From positions 3,456,001 through 3,520,000 of the forward strand of contig OZ242260.1 in NCBI GenBank assembly GCA_965207065.1: a DNA stretch of 64,000 bases, given 5' to 3'. The notes under the pieces are model-generated. The model was not told where the DNA came from and ran no database searches. It was given only the letters and a program-made list of their open reading frames with translations. The position numbers and the translations under genes were made by a program. Shown in pieces: positions 27,796 through 38,082 of the stretch (position 1 is its first letter; the number at the start of each line of letters is the position of its first letter). This DNA comes from a bacterium (GTDB taxonomy: Bacteria > UBA8248).

Positions 27796-30700
27796 TCACG
27801 TGTCCGCAACTACGATTTTCTCGTACACTGCTCTTACGTCTTCTGTATTTTTCTCGAATTGGGCCAGCAGCTTGGCGTTGGCGCTACCGTCTATATCATC
27901 CACGAAACTCATCCGCCGCGCCAGCATGTTCATGGCGTGTCTCGTTTTCAAGAAGATATTAATCGACTGCGCGTTCCCGATACGGAGACGGTTCTCGACG
28001 AGTCGCAAGAAGCGGTACCCAGCGAGCAGCGCGTCGGCGTCCTCGTCCGAAAGCAAACCCGCCTCCTTCAAGGCCTGCAATGCGAGGTAGGTGTTCGGAA
28101 CCCGGATTTCCGGATGCGCTCCGCCATTTTGAATCAGAAGATACTGCGTCAGGAACTCGATGTCGATGATCCCCCCGCGCCCGAGCTTGATGTCGGCGAT
28201 TCCTTCATCCTCACGGGAAAGCTCGTTTTCGATGCGTCCACGCATGTGACGCACCTGTTGGATGAGGTCAGCGGGCGCTTCGCGCTCATATACGAATTCA
28301 TTGACATGCGTCATGAATTGCGCACCGAACCCTTCGCATCCCGCGACGTGCTTTGATCTTGTAAGAGCTTGTCTTTCCCATGTTTCAGCCCGATTGTTAA
28401 AGTAATCTATAAATACATCCAGCGGCGCGGCCAAAGCGCCTTTCTCTCCTTCGGGCCGAAGGCGCAAATCCATTTCATATGTCCGATCCCGGGTAGCCGA
28501 GGCTGTGAGGCCGTCGCGCAGGAACGTAGCGACCTTGATATAGAATTCATGGTTCGAGACGGGTCGGTACTCGGCAGGTTTGCCGTTGATTTGGCCGCTC
28601 GTATTCCCGGAGGCGCTGTAGACGAAAATCAGATCCAGATCCGATCCGTAGTTCATCTCCATGCTTCCCATTTTGCCGAGTCCGATGATGGCGAACCGGG
28701 CTTCCGCCCCTGTCTCCTCCTCCATCGGGGCGCCGTAGAGTTTCAGCATTCTCTCGCGAGCTATCTCGTAGCCGCTTCTCAAGGTAGTTTCCGCGAGGAG
28801 GGAGAGGGAGGAGAGGGTTTCGAGTATGTCCGCAGCCCCGAGAATGCTTCTGATGCCTATCGCGAGCTCCTCGCTTTTTTTGAGCAGGTGCAGGCGATTG
28901 AATTTTTCTTCCGTCGAGACTTGCGCGTCTGTTATTTTTTTCATTTCCCCGCCGAGCATGACCCCGGAACGCGGCTCGGAGAGGGTTTCCCTCTGAAAGA
29001 GCGTTTCGAGGAGTCCAGGCTGTTCGATCAGCACCTCGGCCAGATAATTGCTCGAAGCAAAAAGCTTGAGGATGATCTCCAGCGATTCTTCCTGCTCGGC
29101 CATGAACCCCAGAATGGATTCGCGGCCGCCTCCTCGCTCAACGAATTTGTTGAGGTGCGCAATGGCCCTGTCCGGCTCAGGGAGGTCCAGCGTTTGATAA
29201 AGCAGGCGGGGGAGGAGTTCATCGAATATCCGTTTCGCCTTGGCGCTGACGTGCTCGAGCGATGCGCCGTTTCTCAGGAGTTTGAGGTGCGTGCTCACGC
29301 CTTCGGGGTCCACGAAGCTGTACGAAGCCAGATCCTCGGCGGATAGCGAGTCCTCCAGGGTAAGCGCCGGGGTGGGCGGGCCGCTCGCCGATTCCGTTTC
29401 TTCGTCCCCGTTTTCGCTTCGGAACATGTTTTCAAAAATCCTGGATACGTTGTTCTGGTGATACGCCAGGCGGTTTTTCAGTTCAGCGCTTCCCTCACAG
29501 TCCATCTTGCGCGCCAGCACGTTCAGACTCTTCTCATCCGCCGGGACCTCATGTGTCTGGAGTCCGTGCGTGACTTGCACGCGGTGCTCGACGTCTCTCA
29601 GAAACACGTATGCGTTCGAGAGTTGGTCGCAATCGTGGGCGGGCAGAAGGCCGAGCGCCTCGATGATGGAGAGGCCCTCCAGCGTGCTCGGGTTCTGGAG
29701 AAGCGTTTCCCGGCCGCCGTAGATGAGTTGCAAAGCCTGGGTGATGAATTCAATCTCTCGAATGCCGCCTTCGCCAAGCTTCACGTTTCGCGTCGCGGCA
29801 TCCGCGCCTTTCAGGTTTTCGTTGATGCGGCCCTTGATGCGGCCGATCTCCTCGAGCACGCTGATGTCCATCGTCCGGCGGTACACGAAAGGGCGTATCA
29901 TTTCCATGAAGTCACTGCTCAAGGCGGCGGAACCCGCGCAGTGCCGGGATTTAATAAGGGCCTGTCTCTCCCACGTCTCGCCCCAGGATTCGTAGTAGAC
30001 CTCGCAGCTTCTCAGCGAATAGGCCAATGCGCCTTGCGAACCTTCGGGCCTGAGGCGCGTGTCAATCCGGAACACATGGCCCTCTTCAGTATTCGTCGCC
30101 ATCAGGGAGATGAGACGCCTGGACAAATGGGCGAAAAACTCATGGTTGGAGATGATTCTCTTCGTTCGGCCTGTAATCGCGTCTTTCACGCCGGTCGTCT
30201 CTCCCTCATCCGATGAATACACGAAGATGAGATCGATGTCAGAACTGAAATTGAGTTCCAGTCCGCCGAGCTTGCCCATTCCGATAACGCTGAATTCGGT
30301 ACTGCGCCACCTGCCGTCCGCGCCCTTGTGGCGGGGCTTCCCGTATTTGAGTTCGAGTTCGGCCCTGGCGATACGGACCGCTGCCTCCAGACAGGCGTCC
30401 GCAAGGTAGGAAAGGTTGGAGGTGATTTCCATGAGAGACGCCTGCCGCATCAAATCGAGTACAGCGATTCTCAGGTATTCGCGTTGGCGGAACCGACGCA
30501 TCGCGTTTTCCGGTCCATTGGGCGCATCCCGATTCTCCCGCACCCATTTCCATAGCTCGGAGACCATTTTTTCTTTCGTGCGGGTGGCTCTCAACGTGCT
30601 GGGCCGCAGGAGCCAGTCGAGAAAATTCGGATGCCGCAGAATCGTTTCGATCAAAAACTGGCTCCCGCCCGCGAGGGCGAAGAACTCCGCCCTGCGCTCA

Positions 30701-31011
30701 TCCGAGTGGGTGAGGGCTCTCAAGAGCAGGTCCGGCTTCTCGCGGGTGCCCAGAATACGCTCGAAGTTGCTCAGAGCGCGCTCCGGGTCGAACGTATCGC
30801 GCAGGGAAGAGAGCAACTGGAGCAGAAACTCGGAATTGTTGCGCGGAAACGCGGGGTGCAAGGCCAGGGACTGGAGATTTCTGGTCACGCCTACCTGATC
30901 GCTGACACCGATCAAGGCGAGAAGGTCTTTCGCCGCGGGTGTGGGGGCTCCTCCGGGCAAGAGTTTTTCGATATGGGAAAATCCCGGGTGCTCTTCAATC
31001 CGAACGCTCAT
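27796..31011 (-). CDS. glnE: Bifunctional glutamine synthetase adenylyltransferase/deadenylase
   Basis: Two NT domains (GMGKLGGLELNFSSDIDL; GLGKMGSMEMNYGSDLDL), RLRPEG, WERQAL and KLGxGGIxxIEF each present twice. Confidence 0.95.
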   Translation of the reverse strand: MSVRIEEHPGFSHIEKLLPGGAPTPAAKDLLALIGVSDQVGVTRNLQSLALHPAFPRNNSEFLLQLLSSLRDTFDPERALSNFERILGTREKPDLLLRALTHSDERRAEFFALAGGSQFLIETILRHPNFLDWLLRPSTLRATRTKEKMVSELWKWVRENRDAPNGPENAMRRFRQREYLRIAVLDLMRQASLMEITSNLSYLADACLEAAVRIARAELELKYGKPRHKGADGRWRSTEFSVIGMGKLGGLELNFSSDIDLIFVYSSDEGETTGVKDAITGRTKRIISNHEFFAHLSRRLISLMATNTEEGHVFRIDTRLRPEGSQGALAYSLRSCEVYYESWGETWERQALIKSRHCAGSAALSSDFMEMIRPFVYRRTMDISVLEEIGRIKGRINENLKGADAATRNVKLGEGGIREIEFITQALQLIYGGRETLLQNPSTLEGLSIIEALGLLPAHDCDQLSNAYVFLRDVEHRVQVTHGLQTHEVPADEKSLNVLARKMDCEGSAELKNRLAYHQNNVSRIFENMFRSENGDEETESASGPPTPALTLEDSLSAEDLASYSFVDPEGVSTHLKLLRNGASLEHVSAKAKRIFDELLPRLLYQTLDLPEPDRAIAHLNKFVERGGGRESILGFMAEQEESLEIILKLFASSNYLAEVLIEQPGLLETLFQRETLSEPRSGVMLGGEMKKITDAQVSTEEKFNRLHLLKKSEELAIGIRSILGAADILETLSSLSLLAETTLRSGYEIARERMLKLYGAPMEEETGAEARFAIIGLGKMGSMEMNYGSDLDLIFVYSASGNTSGQINGKPAEYRPVSNHEFYIKVATFLRDGLTASATRDRTYEMDLRLRPEGEKGALAAPLDVFIDYFNNRAETWERQALTRSKHVAGCEGFGAQFMTHVNEFVYEREAPADLIQQVRHMRGRIENELSREDEGIADIKLGRGGIIDIEFLTQYLLIQNGGAHPEIRVPNTYLALQALKEAGLLSDEDADALLAGYRFLRLVENRLRIGNAQSINIFLKTRHAMNMLARRMSFVDDIDGSANAKLLAQFEKNTEDVRAVYEKIVVADT

Positions 31012-31041
31012 ATGACATCCCCCCGCAAAACCCATGAAGGA

Positions 31042-32256
31042 CTAGCGCATAGGATCTCCCGGATTCGCCGCCGTCTGGTGAAGGGCCGAATTCTCCTCCG
31101 TTCTGGGCAGCCATGAGAAAGCGACCAGACTTCCCAGACACGCGATGCCGATTGCTCCAAAAACGAATTCCAACCCGTATGCGTCCGCCAGTATACCCAG
31201 AAAAAACAAGCCAAGGCCAACAAAAATCTGGTTCGCCGTGAAAATAACGCCGACGACGCTTCCAGCCAGTTGAGGCGGGCTGATCTCGAAGCCGTATGCG
31301 AAAATCGCCGAGCGCATGGAGATGAGAAAAACGCCGACCGACGCGACGCAGACGTAGAGGAAAACTCCCGTGCCCGCGTGGGGAATCAGGAACAGCGCGA
31401 TTCCGCCGCCGGTGATCCCGATGAAGAGGATCAATTTTCGGGAAATCCTGTCGGAAAGATAGCCGACGATCGTTTCGGGAAATATGGAAGCCGCCGAATA
31501 CACGCCGAGCGCAAGGCCCAGGGTGCTCGGCCCCACGCCGTATTTTCTCACCAGCAGTATGGCCAGAAAAATCGAGACCACATTGTGCGCCAGCGTCCGC
31601 ACGCCCGAGAAGACGCAAGCTCCCATCATCCCCGGATTTTTAATGAGCGCATCCACGAAATTACCGGTGGTGACCGAGGAGCCGGGCTTTTGTTTTCCGC
31701 TAATCTGAAAAGGTTCCAGGAAAACCCACAAGAGAATCGCGGTGAGGAAAAGAGGAATCGTGTTCGCCAGCAGGACGCCCCGCCAGGTCATGACGAGGAG
31801 CAGATATCCCGCGATAATGGGCGCCAGGGTCTGCCCCAGGTTTGCGCCCGTGCCGTGTACGCCCAGAGCGAATCCCTTGCGGTTATCGAAGCGCATGCCC
31901 AGCAGACCCATGGAGGGAGGATGCCATGTATGCGTGGCCAGGCCGCTCAGCCAGATGATGGGGGCCAGCGTGATGAACCCCGTCGCGAATCCCGCCCCGC
32001 CGTAGAACAGCGCGGCCGAAGCCATGCAGCCGACCAGCAGCCATTTCCCCCCGCCGTAGGAGTCGATGATGTAGCCCGTCCCCACGCTGCTGAAAGCGCT
32101 CATCACCGCTCTGCCCGTAAAAAGAAGTCCTACCTGGGTGAGCGTGAGGCCCAGATCCGCCGTCAAGTAAGGGAGTACGGGGCCCAGAACACCCTGGAAC
32201 CAGTGTTCACAGGCGTGACCGGTAGTGAGCAGGGCAAGGAGTTGCCATTTCTTCAA
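31042..32256 (-). CDS. MFS transporter
   Basis: About 12 TM segments, WHPP, GANLG, GYLSDRISRK. Confidence 0.85.
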   Translation of the reverse strand: MKKWQLLALLTTGHACEHWFQGVLGPVLPYLTADLGLTLTQVGLLFTGRAVMSAFSSVGTGYIIDSYGGGKWLLVGCMASAALFYGGAGFATGFITLAPIIWLSGLATHTWHPPSMGLLGMRFDNRKGFALGVHGTGANLGQTLAPIIAGYLLLVMTWRGVLLANTIPLFLTAILLWVFLEPFQISGKQKPGSSVTTGNFVDALIKNPGMMGACVFSGVRTLAHNVVSIFLAILLVRKYGVGPSTLGLALGVYSAASIFPETIVGYLSDRISRKLILFIGITGGGIALFLIPHAGTGVFLYVCVASVGVFLISMRSAIFAYGFEISPPQLAGSVVGVIFTANQIFVGLGLFFLGILADAYGLEFVFGAIGIACLGSLVAFSWLPRTEENSALHQTAANPGDPMR

Positions 32257-32552
32257 GGTTTAGTGTCTTTCATGGCAATCAAATCATTCGATACCGAGAT
32301 GAACAATCCTAGCATTTTGACAAGAGCAGGCATAGGTGAGGAACAGCCACAAGCAACCCTTTCACGAAAACGGGCTTTTCAGTGCAGATGTTTTTTCCGG
32401 CCCTGTGACAGAGGTGAACCATTCGGTTCAATAAATATGCCAAAACAATATGACTGAATCCTGAATTCCAATAAAAAAATGAAAATAAACCCCAAATCTT
32501 TCGATTTTCATGTATTCTTATCCCCAAATGACGTATTTTCCCTTATTTGCTG

Positions 32553-32606
32553 TTGACTCCCAGAAACAACAGACGTAATCTCACTGGTAGGACAATCCTA
32601 CAACCA
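32553..32606 (+). promoter_or_regulatory. Sigma70 promoter with downstream FadR/GntR-type operator
   Basis: TTGACT-N17-TAATCT (32553-32581), then TGGTAGGACAATCCTACAACCA containing the palindrome GTAGGA-caa-TCCTAC. Confidence 0.6.
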
Positions 32607-32665
32607 CCAAAGTTGGAACTGGGGTAACAGTCGATCTGAAGAAAACCGAATCTGGAGAACCTGCT

Positions 32666-33373
32666 GTGGCCATCAGCGACAGACTGCAGACGGTAAAGAA
32701 GACGCGCGTCTACGAGGCAATCGTCGCACAGCTCACTTCCTTGATCCTGGAAGGCGAGATCAAGCCGGGCGAGAAACTGCCGTCGGAGCGCGAGTTGTGC
32801 GAGCAATTCGGCGTGGGGCGTAATTCCGTCCGCGAAGCAACGCGCTCTCTTGAATCCGCCAGGCTGGTGGAGACGAGGCAAGGGGAGGGCACGTTCGTCA
32901 CGGCGCATCCGGAATCCATGGTTCATGTAATTTCCGCAAAAGTCACCTCAGATGCGGAAAGCGGCATCAACCATCTTTTCGAGGCGCGCATGGTTCTTGA
33001 GCCTCAAATCGCCGCCCTGGCCGCCGAGCGTGCAACGCCCGCGGAACTCGAGGAACTCGAGGACTCGCTCCGCCGACAGCATGGCGCAGTAGAAGGTGGC
33101 GGCCTGGGCCTCGAAGAAGATACCCAGTTCCACCTGGGACTCGCAGAGGCCGCCAAGAATCAATTCCTTCACCATCTGCTCAGTAGCCTGCTCAATTCTC
33201 TGAGCGAGATGCGCGAACGCTCGCTCGGTCGTGACGAAAGCGCTCGCTTCCGCTCTTGGGAAGCGCACCAGAAGATACTCGATGCCGTCAGCAACAAAGA
33301 CCAGAACAAGGCCGTGGCGGGCATGATCAGCCACCTGGTCGATATTAAAGGCAGTGAGGTCGTATCCAGGTGA
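32666..33373 (+). CDS. FadR/GntR family transcriptional regulator
   Basis: PGEKLPSERELCEQFGVGRNSVREA HTH, GEGTFV, FCD domain (DTQFH, H). Confidence 0.93.
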   Translation: MAISDRLQTVKKTRVYEAIVAQLTSLILEGEIKPGEKLPSERELCEQFGVGRNSVREATRSLESARLVETRQGEGTFVTAHPESMVHVISAKVTSDAESGINHLFEARMVLEPQIAALAAERATPAELEELEDSLRRQHGAVEGGGLGLEEDTQFHLGLAEAAKNQFLHHLLSSLLNSLSEMRERSLGRDESARFRSWEAHQKILDAVSNKDQNKAVAGMISHLVDIKGSEVVSR

Positions 33374-33480
33374 AACCGGAATATCGGGGAAAATGGAATT
33401 CTTGTGAACCGAATTTGAGGAAATACCGCCTTTAGGTTAAAAAGTCAGCTTCTTCAACTCCAAAGTGGGGGGTACCGAAT

Positions 33481-34668
33481 GTGAGTGTCATATCGTTTGA
33501 AGTGATTTACAGAGGAATATTTCAGAAAAGCCTTGCGGTGAAAATTTCGCGGACGTTGATTCTCGCGGCCGTGAAAGAAGGGAAGCCGGGCATCTCCTTC
33601 GGGCGCTACAGCGACTCGCCCGAGCGCAACGGGATTCCGGCCAAGCAGTTCGGCTACATCGCGGACAACGAGGAAGAGCTCGAGACCGTGGCGGCGCAAT
33701 ACGAGCCCAAACAGGTGGACATCTCCATCTGCGTGGACGACACGCTGTGCAAGGGCGTGGAATCGTGGGCATGGTACGGGCTTCAGCCCATCAACGCCGT
33801 CACCAAGCCCGGCGGCACGCTTATCGTCACGTCCAACCAGAAAGAAGACGAACTCGTCCAGCACATCCACCGCAGAGAAACGCCCTACAAACTCGCCATC
33901 ATCCCCGGTGAGGCGAGTTTTGCGGGTCTTTGGGTCTACAAGGACGACGGCACCGACGCGCGCTGTCTGGCCGCGGCGCTCAAGGCCGAGCCCACCATGT
34001 GTTCGATAGCCTCTCTGGAATCGGCCATCCGCGAGAACATCGGTTCTGAAACGCACGTCGAAGCCGCGAGAGAAGTTTATGAAGACCTGCGTCCGGTCGA
34101 GATAGAGCCGGGCCAGGGCAACGATGAAGTTCCCTTCACGTTCGAACTCCTCAAATGGCACGAAATGCGCCAGGGCGTCGTCATCGACGGCGTGGGCGGC
34201 CACGAGGGCTTCCGAGGCGGCGAGGGCGGCTACGAGCCGGGGCGAAACCCCTACTTCAAGAAGTGGTCGACCCGCACCATGCGTCCGGTCGTCTCGTTCG
34301 AAAAATGCACGAAGTGCACGCTGTGCTGGGTTGCATGCCCGGACACCTGTTTCGACGTCACTCCGGACGGCTTCTTCGATGCCAACATGGAGGCCTGCTG
34401 CGGCTGCGGCGTGTGCGAGGCCATCTGCCCCGTCAAGGACTGCATCACGATGGTGAACGAAGTCGTTTTTGATGAGCGCGAGAGCCAGTGGCAGATGTGG
34501 CAGGAGAACAAGGAAGATTACGACAAGTACATGGACGAGAAAATCACCACCGGCAAGATAGACGGTCGTCATCCGATCACCGGCCTTGCGGGAGCATTCT
34601 CGGGCATAGGCCTCGAAACAGGTCACAATCCCGAAACGGCGAAAATCAAACCTCTAAAAGATCTTTAA
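33481..34668 (+). CDS. 2-oxoacid:ferredoxin oxidoreductase gamma-delta fusion subunit (oxalate oxidoreductase delta-like)
   Basis: N-terminal gamma-type domain (YSDSPERNGIP) plus two 4Fe-4S motifs CTKCTLCWVACP and CCGCGVCEAICP. Confidence 0.85.
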   Translation: MSVISFEVIYRGIFQKSLAVKISRTLILAAVKEGKPGISFGRYSDSPERNGIPAKQFGYIADNEEELETVAAQYEPKQVDISICVDDTLCKGVESWAWYGLQPINAVTKPGGTLIVTSNQKEDELVQHIHRRETPYKLAIIPGEASFAGLWVYKDDGTDARCLAAALKAEPTMCSIASLESAIRENIGSETHVEAAREVYEDLRPVEIEPGQGNDEVPFTFELLKWHEMRQGVVIDGVGGHEGFRGGEGGYEPGRNPYFKKWSTRTMRPVVSFEKCTKCTLCWVACPDTCFDVTPDGFFDANMEACCGCGVCEAICPVKDCITMVNEVVFDERESQWQMWQENKEDYDKYMDEKITTGKIDGRHPITGLAGAFSGIGLETGHNPETAKIKPLKDL

Positions 34669-34681
34669 CAGGAGCTAAAAG

Positions 34682-35899
34682 ATGGCGACAGCAACCGAAC
34701 AACAACAAGGTGCGGGAGTTCATCTCCTCACCGGGAGCGAGGTCATGGCGCATATCTGCCGCCTCGCCGACGTCGATGTCATCACGGCCTATCCCATTCG
34801 GCCGTATGACACCGTGATGCAGTACGTTTCCAAGTTCATCGCCGAGGGCGATTTCGACGCCGACTATATTCCGGCGGAAAGCGAACACGGCCAGTTCGAG
34901 ATCGTCAAACACGCCTCGGCCTGCGGAGCGCGCGTGTTCACCGGTTCGAGCGGCGTGGGCTGGCTCTATGCGATGGAGCCGCTCGCCGTTACGGCCGGCC
35001 TGAGACTGCCCATGGTGGCCCTTGTCGGCTGCCGCGCACTCGATGACCCCGGCGCATTCGGCACCGAACACAACGACGCCATGCTCGTCCGTGATCTGGG
35101 CTGGATGATCAATTTCCCGGACACGGCGCAGGAAGTCATCGAACTCGGTCTTCTGGCGTATCGCGTTGCCGAGGACCCGAGAGTCTATCTGCCGTGCGCC
35201 ATCGCAATGGACGGCGCGTTCCTGACGCACAGCCAGGCGACGGTGCGGCTGCCGGGCCAGGATGAAGTCAACGCGTTCCTGCCTCCCTACGACAGGGGAG
35301 ACCTGCTGCTTCATCCGGACAACCCCATCACCATCGCGCCACAAGCCAACGAGGACTGGCTCATGGAAGTGAGACGCCAAAGCAGCGAGGCGGCGAAAAA
35401 CTCCTACACCGTGCTCAAGGAAGCCCACGCAGATTTCAGTAAAATTTTCGGTACAAACACGAACCCCTTCCTCGATGAGTATATGACCGAGGATGCCGAC
35501 GTCGTGCTGTGCGGCGTAGGAACACTGAGTCTGCCAGTGAAAGTCGCCATTCGCGAAATGCGCAAGGAAGGCAAGAAAGTCGGTATGGTTCGCCTGAAAT
35601 GGTTCCGCCCCTTCCCGACGGAAGAGTTGCGCGAATCGCTCTCGCGCTTCAAGGCGGTGGGCGTCATCGACCGGGACTATTCCTTTGGTTCACCCTATCA
35701 CGGTGGTATCGTGTATAATGAAATTAAAGCCGCCATGTACGGGGCGGACAAGGTGCCTCACATGAAAGGATTCGTCTGCGGCCTCGGGGGCCGTGAGGTG
35801 CTGCTCGAAGACGTCAAACAGATGGCCGACAAGGTCATTTCCATGGGTCAGAACGATGCGGCCGACAACGAAGTCGACTGGATCGGCGTGAGGGGATAA
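34682..35899 (+). CDS. 2-oxoacid:ferredoxin oxidoreductase alpha subunit (oxalate oxidoreductase-like)
   Basis: YPIRP, ESEH, GARVFTGSSGVG, FRPFP, GLGGR. Confidence 0.9.
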   Translation: MATATEQQQGAGVHLLTGSEVMAHICRLADVDVITAYPIRPYDTVMQYVSKFIAEGDFDADYIPAESEHGQFEIVKHASACGARVFTGSSGVGWLYAMEPLAVTAGLRLPMVALVGCRALDDPGAFGTEHNDAMLVRDLGWMINFPDTAQEVIELGLLAYRVAEDPRVYLPCAIAMDGAFLTHSQATVRLPGQDEVNAFLPPYDRGDLLLHPDNPITIAPQANEDWLMEVRRQSSEAAKNSYTVLKEAHADFSKIFGTNTNPFLDEYMTEDADVVLCGVGTLSLPVKVAIREMRKEGKKVGMVRLKWFRPFPTEELRESLSRFKAVGVIDRDYSFGSPYHGGIVYNEIKAAMYGADKVPHMKGFVCGLGGREVLLEDVKQMADKVISMGQNDAADNEVDWIGVRG

Positions 35900-35901
35900 T
35901 C

Positions 35902-36930
35902 ATGGCAGAAACCTCAGAATACAACATCGGAACACAGGAACTTCCCTTGATGGGGAAGGTGAACGCCATTCCCGAGAAAGCGGTGGAAGAGTATTTCACC
36001 AGCGGGCACAGGACGTGCCAAGGCTGTGAGAGCGCCCTCATCATGCGCCTCATGGCCAAGGCGGCCGGCCCTCGCTCCATCATCCTGGGCAGCACGGGCT
36101 GTATGTACGTGGCGAACACCACCTACTACAGCACCCCCTGGGTGGTGCCGTGGATGCACACGCAGCTCGGTTCTTCGGGGTCTGCGGCCACGGGGACGGC
36201 GGCGGCGCTGCGCGCGCTGATGCGCAAGGGCAAGATGAAGGAAGAGCCGATCAACGTCATCGCCTTCTGCGGAGACGGCGGCGGCATCGACATGGGCGTC
36301 TCGTCCATATCGGCGGCGCTCATGCACGCGAAGTACAACCTGGCGATCATCTGCTACGACAACGAGTCGTACGCGAACACCGACATCCAGATTTCGGGCG
36401 CATCCCCCTGGGGCGCGAACACGACGTTCACGCCTCCGGGCAAGAAGTTCCGCATCATGCACGATTGCTGGAAGAAGAACATCGCCGCCATGTATGCGGT
36501 CGGCCATACGCGCTGCAACTACGTGGCCACGGCGGACGCTTCCTACCCGGCGGACCTGATCGACAAGGTGCGCAAGGCGCTGGCCGTGAAGGGACCTGCG
36601 TTCGTGCACACGCTGGACCCGTGCCCGAAGGGGTGGGACTACGACCCGTTCTACTCCCATAAGCTGGGCGAGCTGGCCGTGGAAACGGGTCTCTTCCCGC
36701 TATGGGAGATGACGGACGGGGCCCTCACCTACACGGGCATCTCCGCCCGACAGGTGTACGGCAAGCGTGGCCGCAAGCCGGTGCGAGAATACCTGGAAAC
36801 GCAGGGCCGCTTCCACCACTTCGTAGAGGAAGACTACGAATACTTCCAGAGCGAAGTGGACAAGATGTGGGACGACTGGATGGTGCCCGGCGTGATCCCC
36901 TTCAAGGTGAACGACCCGAGCAAGAAGTAG
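35902..36930 (+). CDS. 2-oxoacid:ferredoxin oxidoreductase beta (TPP-binding) subunit
   Basis: GHRTCQGC, TGC, GDGG...YDNESYANT TPP motif, PCPKGW. Confidence 0.9.
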   Translation: MAETSEYNIGTQELPLMGKVNAIPEKAVEEYFTSGHRTCQGCESALIMRLMAKAAGPRSIILGSTGCMYVANTTYYSTPWVVPWMHTQLGSSGSAATGTAAALRALMRKGKMKEEPINVIAFCGDGGGIDMGVSSISAALMHAKYNLAIICYDNESYANTDIQISGASPWGANTTFTPPGKKFRIMHDCWKKNIAAMYAVGHTRCNYVATADASYPADLIDKVRKALAVKGPAFVHTLDPCPKGWDYDPFYSHKLGELAVETGLFPLWEMTDGALTYTGISARQVYGKRGRKPVREYLETQGRFHHFVEEDYEYFQSEVDKMWDDWMVPGVIPFKVNDPSKK

Positions 36931-36965
36931 GGATTCAGGGAGCAAGTTTTCGGCAAGTTTCTTGG

Positions 36966-36994
36966 CGGGGCCTTTCGGGGCCCCGCTCTTTTTC
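36966..36994 (+). terminator. Rho-independent terminator
   Basis: GCGGGGCC-TTTCGG-GGCCCCGC hairpin followed by TCTTTTT. Confidence 0.8.
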
Positions 36995-37030
36995 GCTCAT
37001 GCCTGAGCGTATGAATCCAAAGAGACGAAG

Positions 37031-37930
37031 ATGAATGAAGTGACGGAAACAAAAAGAGGGAAGGACGAAGCCGCGATGGTGTTCGTGCCCGCCGGGTCCT
37101 TCCTGATGGGTTCCGAGACCGGAAACGCGGATGAGCGCCCCCAGCGCGAAGTCACGCTCGATGCTTTCTGGATCGACAAATACTGCGTGACGAACGCGCA
37201 GTACCGCGCCTTCCTGGAGGAGACCGAGGCGTTTCCCCCGCCTCCCTCATTCACGAGGGATGATTTCGTGGGGCCGGAGCAGCCCATCGTCAGCATCAGC
37301 TGGGAGGAGGCGGACGCCTACGCCAAGTGGGTGGGCAAGCGCCTGCCGACCGAGGCGGAATGGGAAAAGGCTGCCCGCGGGACGGATGGCCGAAAGTATC
37401 CATGGGGGGAGGAGGAGCCCTCTCACGCGCGAGCCGTCTATGCGAGCACGGAGAAGGATATTAGCCGCCCCAGCAATGTGAGCGATTTCGATGAAAGCGC
37501 ATCCCCTTACAATTGCGTGCAGATGGCCGGGAACGTTTTCGAGTGGGTGGCGGACTGGTTTGACGGGTTTTATTACCAGACGGGTCCGGCGGAGAATCCG
37601 AAAGGACTCGAAAAGCCTACGTTCGAGGTGGCGATGGCGAAAGTGCCCGTGTTCGCCGTGCCGGGCGGGGGAAACCTGAGCCTGGGCGAAGTAAAACGCG
37701 GCGAGCGCTACGAAATCCTGCTGCGAGACGAGGACAGCTACAAGATTCGCTTCGGGAACACCGAGGGCTGGCTCCCGCGCAGGGCAGGGTACGCCTGGAC
37801 CGCCAAGGTCGCCCGGGGCTGTGGGTGGGATTACATAGAGGACAGTCTCAGGTGTTCGGCCAGAGAAGGTTTCGAGCCCTGGTATAAGAATTTCAACATC
37901 GGTTTCCGCTGCGCGGTAGACTCCGAATAA
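37031..37930 (+). CDS. SUMF1/FGE-fold protein with inserted SH3b-like segment
   Basis: VPAGSFLMG, RLPTEAEWEKAARG, MAGNVFEW, IGFRC; insert LGEVKRGERYEIL...YKIRFGNTEGWL. Confidence 0.82.
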   Translation: MNEVTETKRGKDEAAMVFVPAGSFLMGSETGNADERPQREVTLDAFWIDKYCVTNAQYRAFLEETEAFPPPPSFTRDDFVGPEQPIVSISWEEADAYAKWVGKRLPTEAEWEKAARGTDGRKYPWGEEEPSHARAVYASTEKDISRPSNVSDFDESASPYNCVQMAGNVFEWVADWFDGFYYQTGPAENPKGLEKPTFEVAMAKVPVFAVPGGGNLSLGEVKRGERYEILLRDEDSYKIRFGNTEGWLPRRAGYAWTAKVARGCGWDYIEDSLRCSAREGFEPWYKNFNIGFRCAVDSE

Positions 37931-38082
37931 TCCATTCCTGTTTCGACAACCAAGGCAACGCTCCGATTTTGCAGATCACTCCGGCGTCCTGAGGGGTCGG
38001 GCGTCCCGAGGGGAATGCCCGATGAAAAAGCCGGAATATGACCTCTACAAACATCTCTCTCCATCAAGGAGAATTTTAAATC

